Below are positions 1 through 10,411 of a stretch of 64,000 bases of DNA, piece by piece (position 1 is the stretch's first letter; each line of letters begins with the position of its first letter). Below the pieces are notes generated by a model. That model searched no databases. It had not been told where the DNA came from and worked only from the letters and a program-made list of their open reading frames with translations. The position numbers were made by a program, and so were the translations under genes. The stretch comes from Thermoanaerobaculia bacterium (lineage in GTDB: Bacteria > Acidobacteriota > Thermoanaerobaculia > Multivoradales > JAGPDF01): positions 21,985 through 85,984 of the forward strand of contig JAGPDF010000011.1 in the NCBI GenBank assembly GCA_018057705.1, given 5' to 3'.

Positions 1-1
1 C

Positions 2-64
2 GGCGTGCCCTACGCCGACGACCGGACGCTCGTCATCCTGCGCCGAGACGCCATCCCGGCCTGA
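2..64 (+). CDS. 3' end of an upstream gene (partial, product unknown)
   Basis: Open frame from the window edge (..GVPYADDRTLVILRRDAIPA) ending in TGA at 62-64. Too short to assign. Confidence 0.2.
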   Translation, partial: GVPYADDRTLVILRRDAIPA

Positions 65-92
65 CCGCATCTTCCAACTGGCCGCGCCCGGC

Positions 93-1154
93 GTGTTAGC
101 GTCCTCTCCAGCCATGGCGCCGCCCTCCGTCTCCGTCATCGTCAGGACACGCGACCGGCCGGCATTGCTGCGGGAGGCGCTCGCGAGCCTCCGCGCCCAG
201 ACGCTCCGCGACTTCGAGACCCTGGTGGTCGCCGATGGCGGCGAGGCACCGCCGCCGGAGATTCTGGCGCCGCCCGGAGAGGGAGGCCTCTCGCTCCTTC
301 ACCGCGTGCCCCCGCACGGCAGGGCGCGGGCGCTGAACGCCGGGCTCGACGCCGCACGCGGGCGCTTCGTCGCCTATCTCGACGACGACGACCTCTTCCT
401 CCCCGACCACCTCGAGACCCTGTCGCGCTTCCTCGCCGGCAGCGACTCCTACCGCGTCGCCTACACCGACGTCGAGCAGGTCTCGCAGCTGCTGGGCGAG
501 GACGGCCGCTACCATGAGGGGCCACGGCTGGTGGTCTACGGCCAGGCTTTCGATGCCGCTCGACTGCTGTCCTCGAACTACATCTCGCTCATCGGGCTGA
601 TGCACACCGCGACCGACCTGCGCTACGACGAGAGCTTCGACATCCTCGAGGACTGGGACTTCATGATCCGCCTCGCCGAGCGCGGGCGCTTCCATCGCAT
701 CGCGAAGATCACCGCCACCTATCGCGTGCGTGACGATCAATCGAACGCCACCACCACCTCGCCCTGGCACGGTGCCGAGGCCGAAGCGGCGCGCCGGAGG
801 CTGTTCGAGAAGCACTGGCACCGCCAGAGCGCGACCTCGCAGATGGCGCTCGTCGACAGCTTCCAGAACGAGGCCTGGCTGCTGCGCAGTGAACAGGCGG
901 CAAGCGCAGAGCAGCTCGACGCCGAGCGCGCGCGCACCGCAGGCCTCGCGGCCGAGCTCGAAGAGCTTTCGCGGCGGCTGGCGCGGGTCGAAGCGGAGCT
1001 CACCGCCTTTCGCGGCGACGCCTCGCGCCAGCTTCAGGCCGCCGGCGAGCGCGAGAGCGCGCTGCTCTCGACCCTGCAGCAGATCTACGGTTCGAGCTCC
1101 TGGCGGCTGCTCTCGCGGTGGTGGCGGCTCAAGGCGCGCCTGCTCGGCCGATGA
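93..1154 (+). CDS. Family 2 (GT-A) glycosyltransferase with C-terminal coiled-coil-like tail
   Basis: 353-aa ORF with GTG start. 'VSVIVRTRDRPALLREALASLRAQT' and 'AYLDDDD' (DxD) are typical of GT2. The last ~100 aa are rich in A/E/L/R with a heptad-like pattern. Confidence 0.8.
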   Translation: MLASSPAMAPPSVSVIVRTRDRPALLREALASLRAQTLRDFETLVVADGGEAPPPEILAPPGEGGLSLLHRVPPHGRARALNAGLDAARGRFVAYLDDDDLFLPDHLETLSRFLAGSDSYRVAYTDVEQVSQLLGEDGRYHEGPRLVVYGQAFDAARLLSSNYISLIGLMHTATDLRYDESFDILEDWDFMIRLAERGRFHRIAKITATYRVRDDQSNATTTSPWHGAEAEAARRRLFEKHWHRQSATSQMALVDSFQNEAWLLRSEQAASAEQLDAERARTAGLAAELEELSRRLARVEAELTAFRGDASRQLQAAGERESALLSTLQQIYGSSSWRLLSRWWRLKARLLGR

Positions 1155-3160
1155 CCGTCAAGCTCGACCTCGTCATTCCGGTCCACAACGCGCTGCGGGC
1201 GACGCGCGACTGCCTGCGCACCGCCCGCGCCCACGCGCCGGCCTGGGCGAGGATCCTCGTGGTCAACGACGCCAGCGACGCCCGGACGACCGAGTGGCTG
1301 CGCGCCCAGGAGGGCATCACCCTGCTCGAGAATCCGGTCAACCTCGGTTTCGTGAAGTCGGCGAACCGCGGGCTCCTGTTCTCCGACGCGCCCTACGTCT
1401 GCCTGTTGAACAGCGACACCCTGCTCACTCCCGGGGCGCTCGAGCGCATGGTCGAACGGCTCGATCGCGAGCCCGGCATCGGCATGTGCTGCCCGCTGTC
1501 GAACAGTGCGGTGAACCTGTCGGTCGCGATCCCGCCGGGCGAGGACGTCTTCTCGTTCGCGCGCCAGGTCGCCCGCCGCAGCCCGGGCCTCTATCCCGAC
1601 GTCACCACGGTGGTCGGCTTCTGCCTCCTGGTCAAGCGCGAGCTCATCCAGACCCTTGGCGTCTTCGACGAGGCCTTCGACCGCGGCTACTGCGAAGAGA
1701 CCGACTTCCACTTCCGCGCCCGCGCCGCCGGCTGGCGCTGCGTGGTCGCCGACGACACCTTCGTCTACCATCGCCAGGGCGCGAGCTTTTCCGACACCGA
1801 CGCGCGCTTCGCCAAGAACCGCGAGCTCCTGATGGCGCGCTGGCGGCACCTCTACGAGACCGAGGTGGCGGAGTTCAACCGCCGGGACGAGCTCGGCGTT
1901 CTGCGCGATGCCGGGACCTGCGCGTGGCGCGGGGAGCTTTCGACCGAGCCGTTCGACGTGCTCTTCGTGCTGCCGATGATGGGGGTCTTCGGCGGTGTGG
2001 CGGACGTCCTCGAGCTCACCAACGCGCTCATCCTCGAAGGCTTGCACGCCGGCGTCGTGCTGCTCGAGGAGGTCGCGAGCGAGATCGGCCTCGAGCTCTT
2101 CTTCACCCCCCTCCGCCTGCCGGCCGCCCGTTTCCCCGAGGGCCTCCCGGAGACTCGCGTGCTCGTCGCCACCGCCTATCAGACGGCGCCGCCGGTCGCC
2201 CTGGCCGCGGCGCGCCGGCCGGGCATGAAGACCGCCTACTTCCTGCAGGACTACGAGGGTTGGTTCGGCGGCGACCCGGTCGAGGTCGTCGCGCAGACCT
2301 ACGACCTCGTACCGCGGATGACCGCGATCTCGACCTGGCTCGCCGATCTCGTCGCCGAGCGCCATGGGCACCGCCCGGCCGTCGTGCCGATGAGCGGCGA
2401 CCCGGAGGTCTTCTACCCGCGCGGCGACCGGGCCGGGAGCGGCCCGATCCGCGTCGTGGCGATGCTGCGCTACGAGGAGCGCCGCGGCTTCCGCTTTCTC
2501 CTGCCGGCGCTCTCCGCCGTCGCCGCTCATCCCGGCGTCGAGATCGTCCTCTTCGGCGCCCACCGCTTCGAGGAGGAGAACTTCCCGCACTCTCACGCCG
2601 GCGTCCTCTCCCGCGACAGCGTGGCCCGGCTCCTGTCGACGGCCCACATCGTCGTCGACCCCTCGCTCTTCCAGGGATTCGGTCTGGTCGGGCTGGAGGC
2701 GATGGCCTCCGGCGCCGCCTGCGTGCTGACCGACTCGGGCGGCGTGATGGAGTACGCCCGGCACGACGACAACGCCCTGGTCGTGCCGCCCGGCGACGAA
2801 CAGGCACTGGCGGCGGCGATCCTCCGCCTGGTCGAAGACCGGCCGCTGAGGCAGCGGCTGGCGGAGTCCGGCGTCGCGACCGCCCGCCGCTTCACCTGGC
2901 ACAGGAGCGCCGAGGCCTTCATCGCCTTTCTCCGCGCGCTGCCGGTGCCGGCGCCGGTTCCGGCCCCCGAGCGCGCCGCGCTCGAGCTCTATTGGCAGCT
3001 GCGCAACCGCGACAGCTCCGAGATCGACGCCCTCGCGCGCAAAGTGGCAGAACAGGCCGCCACCCTCGACGCGATTCGCGAGTCGACCTTCTGGCGGGCG
3101 GCGGAGCCGTACTGGCGCCTGAAGGCCCGGCTCACGGAGCTCGGCGGGCGACGACGCTGA
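1151..3160 (+). CDS. Two-domain glycosyltransferase (N-terminal GT2-like, C-terminal GT-B/GT4-like)
   Basis: 'LVIPVHNALRATRDCL..VVNDAS..LLNSD' is GT2-like. The C-terminal 'PSLFQGFGLVGLEAMASGAACVLTDSGGVMEY' is GT4-like. ATG at 1151 overlaps the upstream TGA (ATGA). An alternative start lies at 1118. Confidence 0.8.
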   Translation: MTVKLDLVIPVHNALRATRDCLRTARAHAPAWARILVVNDASDARTTEWLRAQEGITLLENPVNLGFVKSANRGLLFSDAPYVCLLNSDTLLTPGALERMVERLDREPGIGMCCPLSNSAVNLSVAIPPGEDVFSFARQVARRSPGLYPDVTTVVGFCLLVKRELIQTLGVFDEAFDRGYCEETDFHFRARAAGWRCVVADDTFVYHRQGASFSDTDARFAKNRELLMARWRHLYETEVAEFNRRDELGVLRDAGTCAWRGELSTEPFDVLFVLPMMGVFGGVADVLELTNALILEGLHAGVVLLEEVASEIGLELFFTPLRLPAARFPEGLPETRVLVATAYQTAPPVALAAARRPGMKTAYFLQDYEGWFGGDPVEVVAQTYDLVPRMTAISTWLADLVAERHGHRPAVVPMSGDPEVFYPRGDRAGSGPIRVVAMLRYEERRGFRFLLPALSAVAAHPGVEIVLFGAHRFEEENFPHSHAGVLSRDSVARLLSTAHIVVDPSLFQGFGLVGLEAMASGAACVLTDSGGVMEYARHDDNALVVPPGDEQALAAAILRLVEDRPLRQRLAESGVATARRFTWHRSAEAFIAFLRALPVPAPVPAPERAALELYWQLRNRDSSEIDALARKVAEQAATLDAIRESTFWRAAEPYWRLKARLTELGGRRR

Positions 3161-3848
3161 CGAAGAGGTGGAAGCGGTCGTCGTTGCGGATCGCCCCGAA
3201 CATCGTCGAGTAGGGCTCGATGCCGAATTCGCTGAACAGGAAGGCGCCGACGACCTCGGCGGAGAGGTCGCCACCAACAGCGCTCCAGGTCGCCGGCAGC
3301 TCGCGCTCGACGGTCCGGCCGCGAATCGTCAGGCGCAACCGGACGTTCCATCCGGCTGCGGGCTCCGCCGCGCGGCGCACGAGCCCGGCGACCTCGGCCC
3401 GGATCTCCGGGAACTTCGCGGCGTCGAGCTGGCTCGCGCCGAGCATCGCCGTCCGCACCTTCCGGCGGTCCGAGTCCCCGACCGGCGGCAGTTCGCCGGA
3501 GTGCATGCCGAGCTCGCGGAATCGCCCCTTCCAGGCCGCCCTTGCCGCCGGTGCGTCGATCTCGAGCCCTTCGGCCGCGACCGTGAAGCGGAAGCTCGTC
3601 GCCTCCGGCTGCGCGGGATCGAACCGGAGCTCGACCGTCGGCCGGGGGGCCACCACGAGGTGATCGTGCGCCAGCCCCGAGCCGATCCCCGCTTTGTGGG
3701 TGAGGACCGCGAACAGTGAGCGTTCGGCGTCGATCGCGTAGGCCTCTGCCGGCAGTGCCGCTGCGGGCGCCGGCCCGTGCATGGCGAGCGCGACCGAGAG
3801 GAGCGTCACCGACCAGCCGGCCCGCCAGGCAGAAGTGCTCTGTCTCAT
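3132..3848 (-). CDS. YceI-like periplasmic protein
   Basis: This is the C-terminal 238 aa of the 607-aa track ORF. ATG at 3848 is preceded by GGGAG. It has a signal peptide (..LLSVALAMHGPAPAAA) and a YceI-like body ('SLFAVLTHKAGIGSGLAHDH', 'RLTIRGRTVE'). The rest of the track ORF is a shadow frame. Confidence 0.65.
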   Translation of the reverse strand: MRQSTSAWRAGWSVTLLSVALAMHGPAPAAALPAEAYAIDAERSLFAVLTHKAGIGSGLAHDHLVVAPRPTVELRFDPAQPEATSFRFTVAAEGLEIDAPAARAAWKGRFRELGMHSGELPPVGDSDRRKVRTAMLGASQLDAAKFPEIRAEVAGLVRRAAEPAAGWNVRLRLTIRGRTVERELPATWSAVGGDLSAEVVGAFLFSEFGIEPYSTMFGAIRNDDRFHLFVSVVARRAP

Positions 3849-4018
3849 CGTGATGCTCCCGGGACCGCAGGGGAGAGAAGCTGCGATCACTATCCAGGAG
3901 GATAGACAGCCCGGGCGGCGCGCGGAACTGACCAAAGTGAGACGCCGCGCCCGGCAGCGGTCGGGGACCGGAGCCGAGCGCGGCGCAGGGAACGGCGACT
4001 CTTGTGGCCGGGAGGCCG

Positions 4019-4846
4019 TCAGTTCGATTCGTCGGATCCGTCCTCGTCCTCGATCTCGAGAACGATCGTCCGGGCGCCCGGCTCGCCGGTCACGAAGGTG
4101 CCCGCCTTCGGGGCCGTCTCGCGCAACGCCTCGAGGACCCTGGCGCGGGTCGCCTCGTCGAGCTCCTGGAACTTCGCCGAGGCCTGGAGGCGCGCGATCG
4201 TCGCCTCGACCGGGAGCGGCAGGGCCGGCAGCTCGCCGCCCTCGGTGGTGAAGGCGAAGGCGTGGGCGTCGCCGCCGCCGGCCGGAGTCCGCCGCATCAC
4301 GACCACCCTCCCGCCGTCGCCGTCGGCGCTTTCTGTGATCACCGCGCCGTTCTCGTCCACCGCCACCTTGTTGCGCAGGATCATGACGTTCGCCCCGCCC
4401 TCCCCGGCGTCGGCGCCATCGGCGCCATCGTGAACGATGATCCGCTTGTGGAACTGCGTCGTGCCGTCGGCGCTCGTCCACGAGCCGCCTTCGGGCTCGC
4501 CGGAGAAGTGGTCCATGAGGCGGATCTTCTTGCCGTCGAGGTCGATCTCGAAGCCCTGCTCGTCGCGGGTGACGACGACCGGCGTGCCGCTCTCGGTGGC
4601 GAGCGACCGGCTCTCGCCGACCGCCATCTCGTGAAGATTGGCGAGCTCGAGGCGCTCGGCGCTGCCGTCGTGGTCGAGGACCAGATTGATCTGGCTGCGA
4701 CGGACCTCGGCGGTCTCGTCCGAGGCCTCCGCGAGATCGACGCCCGCGGCTTCGGCCTCGCTCGCGGCCGCATAGGCGAGGCCGGCGGCCGTCGCCAGGA
4801 GAAGGGCGGTGAGGGAAGGGACCATCCAGCGATTTCGGTTGGGCAT
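4019..4846 (-). CDS. Secreted acidic hypothetical protein (no recognisable domain)
   Basis: ATG at 4846 is preceded by GAGGAG. The signal peptide is 'MPNRNRWMVPSLTALLLATAAGLAYA'. The protein is rich in D/E/G. It lies directly downstream of a canonical sigma-54 promoter. Confidence 0.7.
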   Translation of the reverse strand: MPNRNRWMVPSLTALLLATAAGLAYAAASEAEAAGVDLAEASDETAEVRRSQINLVLDHDGSAERLELANLHEMAVGESRSLATESGTPVVVTRDEQGFEIDLDGKKIRLMDHFSGEPEGGSWTSADGTTQFHKRIIVHDGADGADAGEGGANVMILRNKVAVDENGAVITESADGDGGRVVVMRRTPAGGGDAHAFAFTTEGGELPALPLPVEATIARLQASAKFQELDEATRARVLEALRETAPKAGTFVTGEPGARTIVLEIEDEDGSDESN

Positions 4847-4902
4847 CGGTTTCACTCCTCTGAAAGTTGTGCGGCTCCCTGCCGCAGTCACTCTTCTCAA
4901 AG

Positions 4903-4917
4903 GCAAGGACGGTGCCA
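4903..4917 (-). promoter_or_regulatory. Sigma-54 (-24/-12) promoter
   Basis: The minus strand reads TGGCACcgtccTTGC, with exact GG-N10-GC spacing and full TGGCAC/TTGC elements. The predicted TSS is near 4891, about 45 nt upstream of the ATG at 4846. It lies 71 nt downstream of the NtrC-type regulator gene. Confidence 0.7.
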
Positions 4918-4988
4918 GATGAAATCGCCGGCAATCTCGCAATACGCCTCCCCATTTGGGGAAGGTGCTGCTCTCTTCGGGAGCCGGC

Positions 4989-6365
4989 TCAGCTCTCCGC
5001 CGGCTCGGGCTCCGCCAGGCCGTGCTTCTCGAGCCGGTAGAGGAACGCCTTGTACGGCAGGTCGAGCAGACGCGCCGCGCGGGCGCGATTGCCGCCGGCG
5101 AGCTCGAGCGCCTGACGCAGCGCTTCGCGCTCGTGCGCCTCCCAGGAGAGTCCCTGCGCCGGCAGCCGGAAGCCGCCCTCGCCCTGCGGCCGGCCGGAGA
5201 GCTCGGGCGGCAGATCCTCGAGCTTCACCTCGCCGGCGTCGGCGAGGAGCGTCAGGCGTTCGACGACGTTGGCGAGCTCGCGGACGTTGCCCGGCCAGGC
5301 GTACTCGATCAGCGCCTTGCGCACCGCAGCGGGGAAGCGCGCCTGCGTGAGACCGTGGCGTCGCGCCGCGCGCGCCGCGAAATGCTCGGCGAGGAGGGGG
5401 ATGTCCTCACGGCGGTCGCGCAGCGGCGGCAGCGCCAGCGGCACCACGTTCAGACGGTAGAAGAGGTCCTGCCGGAAGCGCCCGGCGGCGATCTCGACGA
5501 GGAGATCGCGATTCGTCGCCGCGACCACCCGCACGTCCACCGCGATCTCACTGTTGCCGCCGACGCGGGTGATCCGGCCCTCCTGCAGGGCGCGCAGGAG
5601 CTTCGGCTGCAGGGCGATCGGCAGCTCTCCGATCTCGTCGAGGAAGAGCGTCCCGGAGTCGGCGGCCTCGAATCTGCCGGCGCGCGTGCGGTCGGCGCCG
5701 GTGAAGGCGCCGCGCTCGACGCCGAAGAACTCGGACTCGACCAGCCCCTCCGGAATCGCGGCGCAGTTGACTGCGACGAACGGCCGCGCGCGGCGCGGCG
5801 AGAGCTGGTGCAGCGCGCGCGCCGCGAGCTCCTTGCCGGTGCCACTCTCGCCGGTGAGGAGGATCGTCGCCTGGGTGCCGGCGAGGCGCTCGACGCGCGC
5901 GAAGAGGGTGTGCATCGCCGCCGAGCGCCCGATGAGGTCGACCAGTTGGTCGCGGTCGCCGATCTCCGCCGAGAGGCGGCGGTTCTCGCGCTCGAGCCGC
6001 CGCCGCGCGAGGGTGCGGTCGATCGCCAGCTTGAGCGCCTGCGCCTCGAACGGCTTCGCAAGGTAGTCGTCGGCGCCGCTGCGGATCGCCTCCACGGCGC
6101 GCGCGATCGTGCCGTACGCCGTGACCATGACGAAGCCGGCGTCGGGATGGTGGGCGCGCACCCGGGCGAGGAGCTCGCCGCCGTCGCCGTCCGGAAGGCG
6201 CCAGTCGGAGATCACGAGATCGACCGGGGCGCGCCCGAGCTCGCGGGTCGCCTCGGCGAGCGAGGCCGCGCAGGCGACGCTGTAGCCCTCCGCGGAGAGG
6301 AGCCCCGCAAGGAGGGTCCTCTGATCGGCCTCGTCCTCGACGACCAGCAGGCGGAAGTCGTTCAT
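4989..6365 (-). CDS. Sigma-54-dependent response regulator (NtrC family: REC, AAA+, Fis-type HTH)
   Basis: '[21 protein letters not shown]' is a REC domain. '[16 protein letters not shown]', 'GAFTGA' and '[14 protein letters not shown]' (GAFTGA loop) mark the AAA+ domain. '[26 protein letters not shown]' is the HTH. ATG at 6365 overlaps the kinase stop (ATGA). Confidence 0.9.
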   Translation of the reverse strand: MNDFRLLVVEDEADQRTLLAGLLSAEGYSVACAASLAEATRELGRAPVDLVISDWRLPDGDGGELLARVRAHHPDAGFVMVTAYGTIARAVEAIRSGADDYLAKPFEAQALKLAIDRTLARRRLERENRRLSAEIGDRDQLVDLIGRSAAMHTLFARVERLAGTQATILLTGESGTGKELAARALHQLSPRRARPFVAVNCAAIPEGLVESEFFGVERGAFTGADRTRAGRFEAADSGTLFLDEIGELPIALQPKLLRALQEGRITRVGGNSEIAVDVRVVAATNRDLLVEIAAGRFRQDLFYRLNVVPLALPPLRDRREDIPLLAEHFAARAARRHGLTQARFPAAVRKALIEYAWPGNVRELANVVERLTLLADAGEVKLEDLPPELSGRPQGEGGFRLPAQGLSWEAHEREALRQALELAGGNRARAARLLDLPYKAFLYRLEKHGLAEPEPAES

Positions 6366-7981
6366 CGTTCTGTCCGCGTCCATGGCGAGGTTCCATTCGA
6401 ACGGTCGCCGACACGGTCTCCGAGCTCGAGCGCGGCCCGGGTGCCGCGGGCGGTCCCTGCGGCGCGCGACTCGAGCCGCAGCTCGCCGGCGTACCGCCCG
6501 CTCACCAGACGGTGGGCGAGAAACAGGCCCATCCCGGAGCCGTGCGGCTTGGTGGTGACGTGGGGCTCGAAGAGACGGGCGCGGACCTCGTCGGGAAGAC
6601 CGCCGCCCTCGTCGTCGACCGTGATGCACACGCCGCCGGACTCGCCCGGCGCCACCTGGATCGTGACCTGCCCGCCCGGCGGGCTCGCCTCGACGGCATT
6701 CACCACGAGCGCCTGGAGCACCGCCTTGAGCTCCGCCGGCACACCCGCAACCACGGCCGGGACGGCCCGACGGCTGGCACCGGGCGCGGCACCTGGTGCG
6801 GCTTGGGCAGAAGCCTGCACGTCGATCCGTACCCGGCCGCCACCGTCCTGGAGCGCTTCGAGTGCCACCTCGCGGGCCAGCTGGGCGACGTCCACCGGCT
6901 CGGCCTGAGCCGAACCGGCCGAGGCCAGGGCGAGGAAGGAGCGCAGGGCGCCGTCCATGCGCCGGATCTGTCGCCGCGAGCCCTCGACGACCTCCGTTGG
7001 CGCGCCGACCTGCTCGATCGCGAGACCGAGGGCGTTCAGCGGGTTGCGCAGCGAGTGCGCGAGCCCGCGCGCCACCTCGCCCAGCTCGGAGAGCTGCTCG
7101 GCGGAGGCCAGCCGGCGGTTCTCGCGGTCGAGGTCGGCGAGACGCTGCGACATCCGGTTGAACGAGGCGATCGTGCGGCCGATCTCGTCGTTGCGCGGGC
7201 CCGGCTGGACCTCGACGGCAGCCCCGAGCTCGCCGCTTCCCAGGCGCTCGGCCGCCGCCGAAAGGCTCGCGAGGGGCCGGGTGAGCCGGTGGGCGACGAC
7301 CGCCGCCGCGAGCAGCCCCACCGCCAGCAGCGCCAGGTTCCCCAGCAGGAGCTGCGTACCGAAGCGGTCGAGCGTCGAGGCGACCTCGGCGTGCGGAATC
7401 GGAATCCTCCGCTTCATCTCCGGGCCGCGCACGAAGAGCACGTCGCGCTCCGCGTCGGTCTCGAGCACCATCTTGCGCAGCTGCATGTCGGGCGGCAAGA
7501 CAGCGTCGCCCGGCGCGGCGTCGGAGCCCTCTTCGGCAGCGTTGGCCCCCACCGCGCCGCCGGCCGCTGCCGGCGCCGGCCGCTGCAAGTGGATCTCGCG
7601 GCGCATCACGAAGTGCTGCGGCTCGCCGCCGGGCGCCGCCTCCGTCGTCCATTCGACGCCGGAAGGCTCGCCGGGCAGATCGCCTCCCGGTAGCGCGCCG
7701 ACAGTGCCCGGCCCATTCGTCGTCACCACGACGACATGCGTCGCCGTCCCGGGCCCGGGCTCGGCGGCTGCGCCCGCCGCGGTTCCCGCAGGGGCGGCAG
7801 GGCTCCGGCTCTCCGTGCGGTAGGAGAAGCCCGAGAGGATCTCCTCCCCGACCCGGAAGGCGACCGTGCGCACATCGTCGGTGACCGCCCGGGAAAGCGC
7901 GCGGAAGAGCAGCCACTGCCCGACGAGCAGCAGGCAGATCAGGCCACCGAGAAGCAGAAAGAGGCGTCGTCTGAGCGACAT
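6362..7981 (-). CDS. Sensor histidine kinase (TM, periplasmic region, HAMP, HisKA, HATPase)
   Basis: ATG at 7981 ('[21 protein letters not shown]'). A second TM precedes a HAMP-like '[21 protein letters not shown]'. The H-box is '[18 protein letters not shown]'. G-boxes are 'DDEGGGLP' and 'GSGMGLFLA'. Confidence 0.85.
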   Translation of the reverse strand: MSLRRRLFLLLGGLICLLLVGQWLLFRALSRAVTDDVRTVAFRVGEEILSGFSYRTESRSPAAPAGTAAGAAAEPGPGTATHVVVVTTNGPGTVGALPGGDLPGEPSGVEWTTEAAPGGEPQHFVMRREIHLQRPAPAAAGGAVGANAAEEGSDAAPGDAVLPPDMQLRKMVLETDAERDVLFVRGPEMKRRIPIPHAEVASTLDRFGTQLLLGNLALLAVGLLAAAVVAHRLTRPLASLSAAAERLGSGELGAAVEVQPGPRNDEIGRTIASFNRMSQRLADLDRENRRLASAEQLSELGEVARGLAHSLRNPLNALGLAIEQVGAPTEVVEGSRRQIRRMDGALRSFLALASAGSAQAEPVDVAQLAREVALEALQDGGGRVRIDVQASAQAAPGAAPGASRRAVPAVVAGVPAELKAVLQALVVNAVEASPPGGQVTIQVAPGESGGVCITVDDEGGGLPDEVRARLFEPHVTTKPHGSGMGLFLAHRLVSGRYAGELRLESRAAGTARGTRAALELGDRVGDRSNGTSPWTRTER

Positions 7982-8120
7982 GGTCGCGGAGAATCTAGCA
8001 AGGGTCGTGCCTCTTTCGCCGCGGCCGGCAGCGGGCCGGCTTTCCGCCTGCGGCCCGCACCGCCACTTTTCGCCCGCGGACCGGATGTCCGCTTTCAAGA
8101 CGAAGCGGTAGACTTCGTCC

Positions 8121-9146
8121 ATGTCCCTGCGCTTCGGAGTGAACGGCCTCGGGCGGATCGGCCGCGCGCTCATCCGGATCGCGGCGACGCGGCCCGAGCT
8201 CGGCTTGGAGCTCGCCGCGGCCAACGATTCGGCAGACCCGAAGCAGCTCGCGCGCCTCCTTCGCCACGACACCGTGCATGGGGCCTTTCCGGTCGAGGTG
8301 GCTTCACGAGAGAGCTGCCTGCTTCTCGCCGGCCGGCCGGTGCCGCTCGGCCGGGCGCTCTCGCCGCTGGAGATCGACTGGCAGGAGCACGGCGTCGAGG
8401 TGGTGCTCGAGGCGACGGGGAAGTTCCGGCAACGCGACCTCGCCGCCGGGCATCTGCGCGATCCGGGGGGCTCCGTCCGGCAGGTCGTCGTCTCGGCGAC
8501 GATGCCCGATCCGGATGTCTCCGTCTGCCTCGGCATCAACGACCGCGATCTCGACCCGTCGTGGCAGCGCGTGATCTCGAACGCCTCGTGCACGACGAAC
8601 TGTCTGGCGCCGCTCCTGCTCGTGCTCGACCGGAGCTTCGGCGTCGAGCACGCGCTGATGAACACCGTCCACTGCGTCACCAACAGCCAGAACCTGGTCG
8701 ACAACGCGCACCCCGATCCGCGCCGCGCGCGCTCGGCGCTCGCCAACATCATCCCGACCACCTCGGACGCGATTCCCTCCATCGTCCAGGTCATGCCGGA
8801 GATGCGCGGCAAGGTCGAGGGGCTCGCGATGCGCGTGCCGGTGGTCGCGGGCTCGCTGGTCGATCTCACGGTGCGCCTCGCCCGCCCGGCCGCGCGCGAC
8901 GCCGTCGCCGACGCCTTTCGCGCCGCCGAGCAGGGAGCGCTCGCCGGTATCCTCGGCACCACCGACGAAGAGCTCGTCTCCTCCGACGTCATCGGCGACC
9001 GGCGCTCGGCGGTCGTCGATCTGCCTCTCCTTTCTCTCGCCGGCGACCGCCTGCTGCGCGTCGTCGCCTGGTACGACAACGAATGGGGCTACACCAACCG
9101 CTTAGCCGAGCTTCTCGCCCGGCTCGCGGCGCCACCCGCCCGATAG
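8121..9146 (+). CDS. gap: Glyceraldehyde-3-phosphate dehydrogenase
   Basis: '[11 protein letters not shown]', the catalytic '[12 protein letters not shown]' and 'WYDNEWGY'. Confidence 0.9.
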   Translation: MSLRFGVNGLGRIGRALIRIAATRPELGLELAAANDSADPKQLARLLRHDTVHGAFPVEVASRESCLLLAGRPVPLGRALSPLEIDWQEHGVEVVLEATGKFRQRDLAAGHLRDPGGSVRQVVVSATMPDPDVSVCLGINDRDLDPSWQRVISNASCTTNCLAPLLLVLDRSFGVEHALMNTVHCVTNSQNLVDNAHPDPRRARSALANIIPTTSDAIPSIVQVMPEMRGKVEGLAMRVPVVAGSLVDLTVRLARPAARDAVADAFRAAEQGALAGILGTTDEELVSSDVIGDRRSAVVDLPLLSLAGDRLLRVVAWYDNEWGYTNRLAELLARLAAPPAR

Positions 9147-9181
9147 AATCCGCTCGGACGTTCTTGCGAAGGAGAGCACCG

Positions 9182-10411
9182 ATGACCCAGCTGCTGACAC
9201 TCGAAGATCTCGACCTTGCGCGCCTCGCCGGCACGGTCGTGCTGGTGCGGGTCGACTTCAACGTGCCGATGAAGGACGGGAAGGTCACCGACGACACGCG
9301 CATCGAGGAGGCGCTGCCGACGATCCGCGAGCTCACCGCGGCGGGGGCGCGACTCCTTCTGTGCTCGCACTGCGGGCGGCCGAAGGGCGAGAGGAACTTG
9401 AAGTACTCGCTGCGGCCGGTGGCCGAGCGTCTGGCGGCACTTCTGGGGCGGCCGGTGCTTTTCTCTGAGGATGCGATCGGCGAGCCGGCGGCAGCGGTCG
9501 CCGCGAAGCTCGCCGACGGCGACGTCGCGCTGCTCGAGAACCTGCGCTTCCATGCCGGCGAGGAGAAGAACGACCCGGTCTTCGCTCAGGCGCTCGCCGC
9601 CAACGCGACCGCCTATGTCGACGACGCCTTCGGCAGCGCCCATCGCGCCCACGCCTCGGTCACCGGCGTGCTGCCGTTCCTCGCCCGGCGCGCCGCCGGC
9701 CGGCTGATGGTGCGCGAGGTCGAGGCGCTCTCGAAGCTCCTGGGCGAGCCGCCGCGACCGTTCGCGGCGATTCTCGGCGGTGCCAAGATCGAGGGCAAGA
9801 TCGACACCCTCGAGAACCTCCTGCCGCGGCTCGACATCCTCATGGTCGGCGGCGGCATGGCCAACACCTTCCTCGCCGCGCAGGGACTCGACCTCAAGGC
9901 TTCGCTCGTCGAGCGCGACCGGCTCGACCTGGCGCGGACGATCCTCGAGCGCGCGGCGGCGCAGGGCACGGAGGTCCTCCTGCCGACCGACCTCGTCACC
10001 ACGGACAGTTTCGAGAATCCGCAGGTCGTGCAGACGGTGGCGGCGGCGGAGATTCCGGGTGATTTTCTGGCGGTCGACATCGGTCCGCGGACCCGAAAGG
10101 CCTTTGCCGCTGCGGTGGCCCGCGCCCACACCCTGTTCTGGAACGGCCCGCTGGGCGTCTTCGAGAAGCCGCCGTTCGACGAAGGGACGCGCGCCGTGGC
10201 TCTCGCCCTGGCGGCCTGCCCCGGCTTCACCCTCATCGGCGGCGGCGAGACGGTCGCGGCAGTGCACCAGGCCGGGGTAACCGACAAGATCGGCCACGTC
10301 TCGACCGGCGGCGGAGCCTCGCTCGAGTTCCTGGCCGGCAAAGAGCTGCCCGGCGTCGCGGCGCTCGCCCGGCCGGCCGCTGGCTTCAATGGATCGGGCG
10401 CCGCCGGATGA
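9182..10411 (+). CDS. pgk: Phosphoglycerate kinase
   Basis: ATG at 9182 lies after GGAGAG. '[22 protein letters not shown]', 'HCGRPKGE', '[10 protein letters not shown]' and '[11 protein letters not shown]'. The upstream part of the 891-aa track ORF is a shadow frame. Confidence 0.92.
   Translation: MTQLLTLEDLDLARLAGTVVLVRVDFNVPMKDGKVTDDTRIEEALPTIRELTAAGARLLLCSHCGRPKGERNLKYSLRPVAERLAALLGRPVLFSEDAIGEPAAAVAAKLADGDVALLENLRFHAGEEKNDPVFAQALAANATAYVDDAFGSAHRAHASVTGVLPFLARRAAGRLMVREVEALSKLLGEPPRPFAAILGGAKIEGKIDTLENLLPRLDILMVGGGMANTFLAAQGLDLKASLVERDRLDLARTILERAAAQGTEVLLPTDLVTTDSFENPQVVQTVAAAEIPGDFLAVDIGPRTRKAFAAAVARAHTLFWNGPLGVFEKPPFDEGTRAVALALAACPGFTLIGGGETVAAVHQAGVTDKIGHVSTGGGASLEFLAGKELPGVAALARPAAGFNGSGAAG

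Noticed and set aside
795-812. TGGCAC hexamers inside coding regions (for example ctggcaccgccagagc at ~796; others at ~2888, ~16357, ~27663, ~49985, ~51844, ~53093)
   Set aside because: None has a TTGC/GC element at the required GG-N10-GC spacing, and all lie inside genes. They are not counted as sigma-54 promoters.
730-3277. Very long ORFs (827 aa on plus, 730 aa on minus) overlapping the glycosyltransferase genes
   Set aside because: They have extreme Arg/Pro/Ala/Gly composition and no motifs, and they overlap ORFs with clear GT2/GT4 signatures. These are typical shadow frames of ~70% GC DNA. The same reasoning was applied to 4004..5350, 4956..6908, 14034..16523, 35541..36893, 42437..44170, 54911..56131 and similar track entries.
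4989-9079. 975-aa and 905-aa ORFs that would fuse regulator/kinase sequence with long N-terminal extensions
   Set aside because: Recognisable protein sequence begins only at internal ATGs (6365 and 7981) that have coupling or SD context. The upstream parts are low-complexity shadow sequence overlapping the neighbouring real genes.
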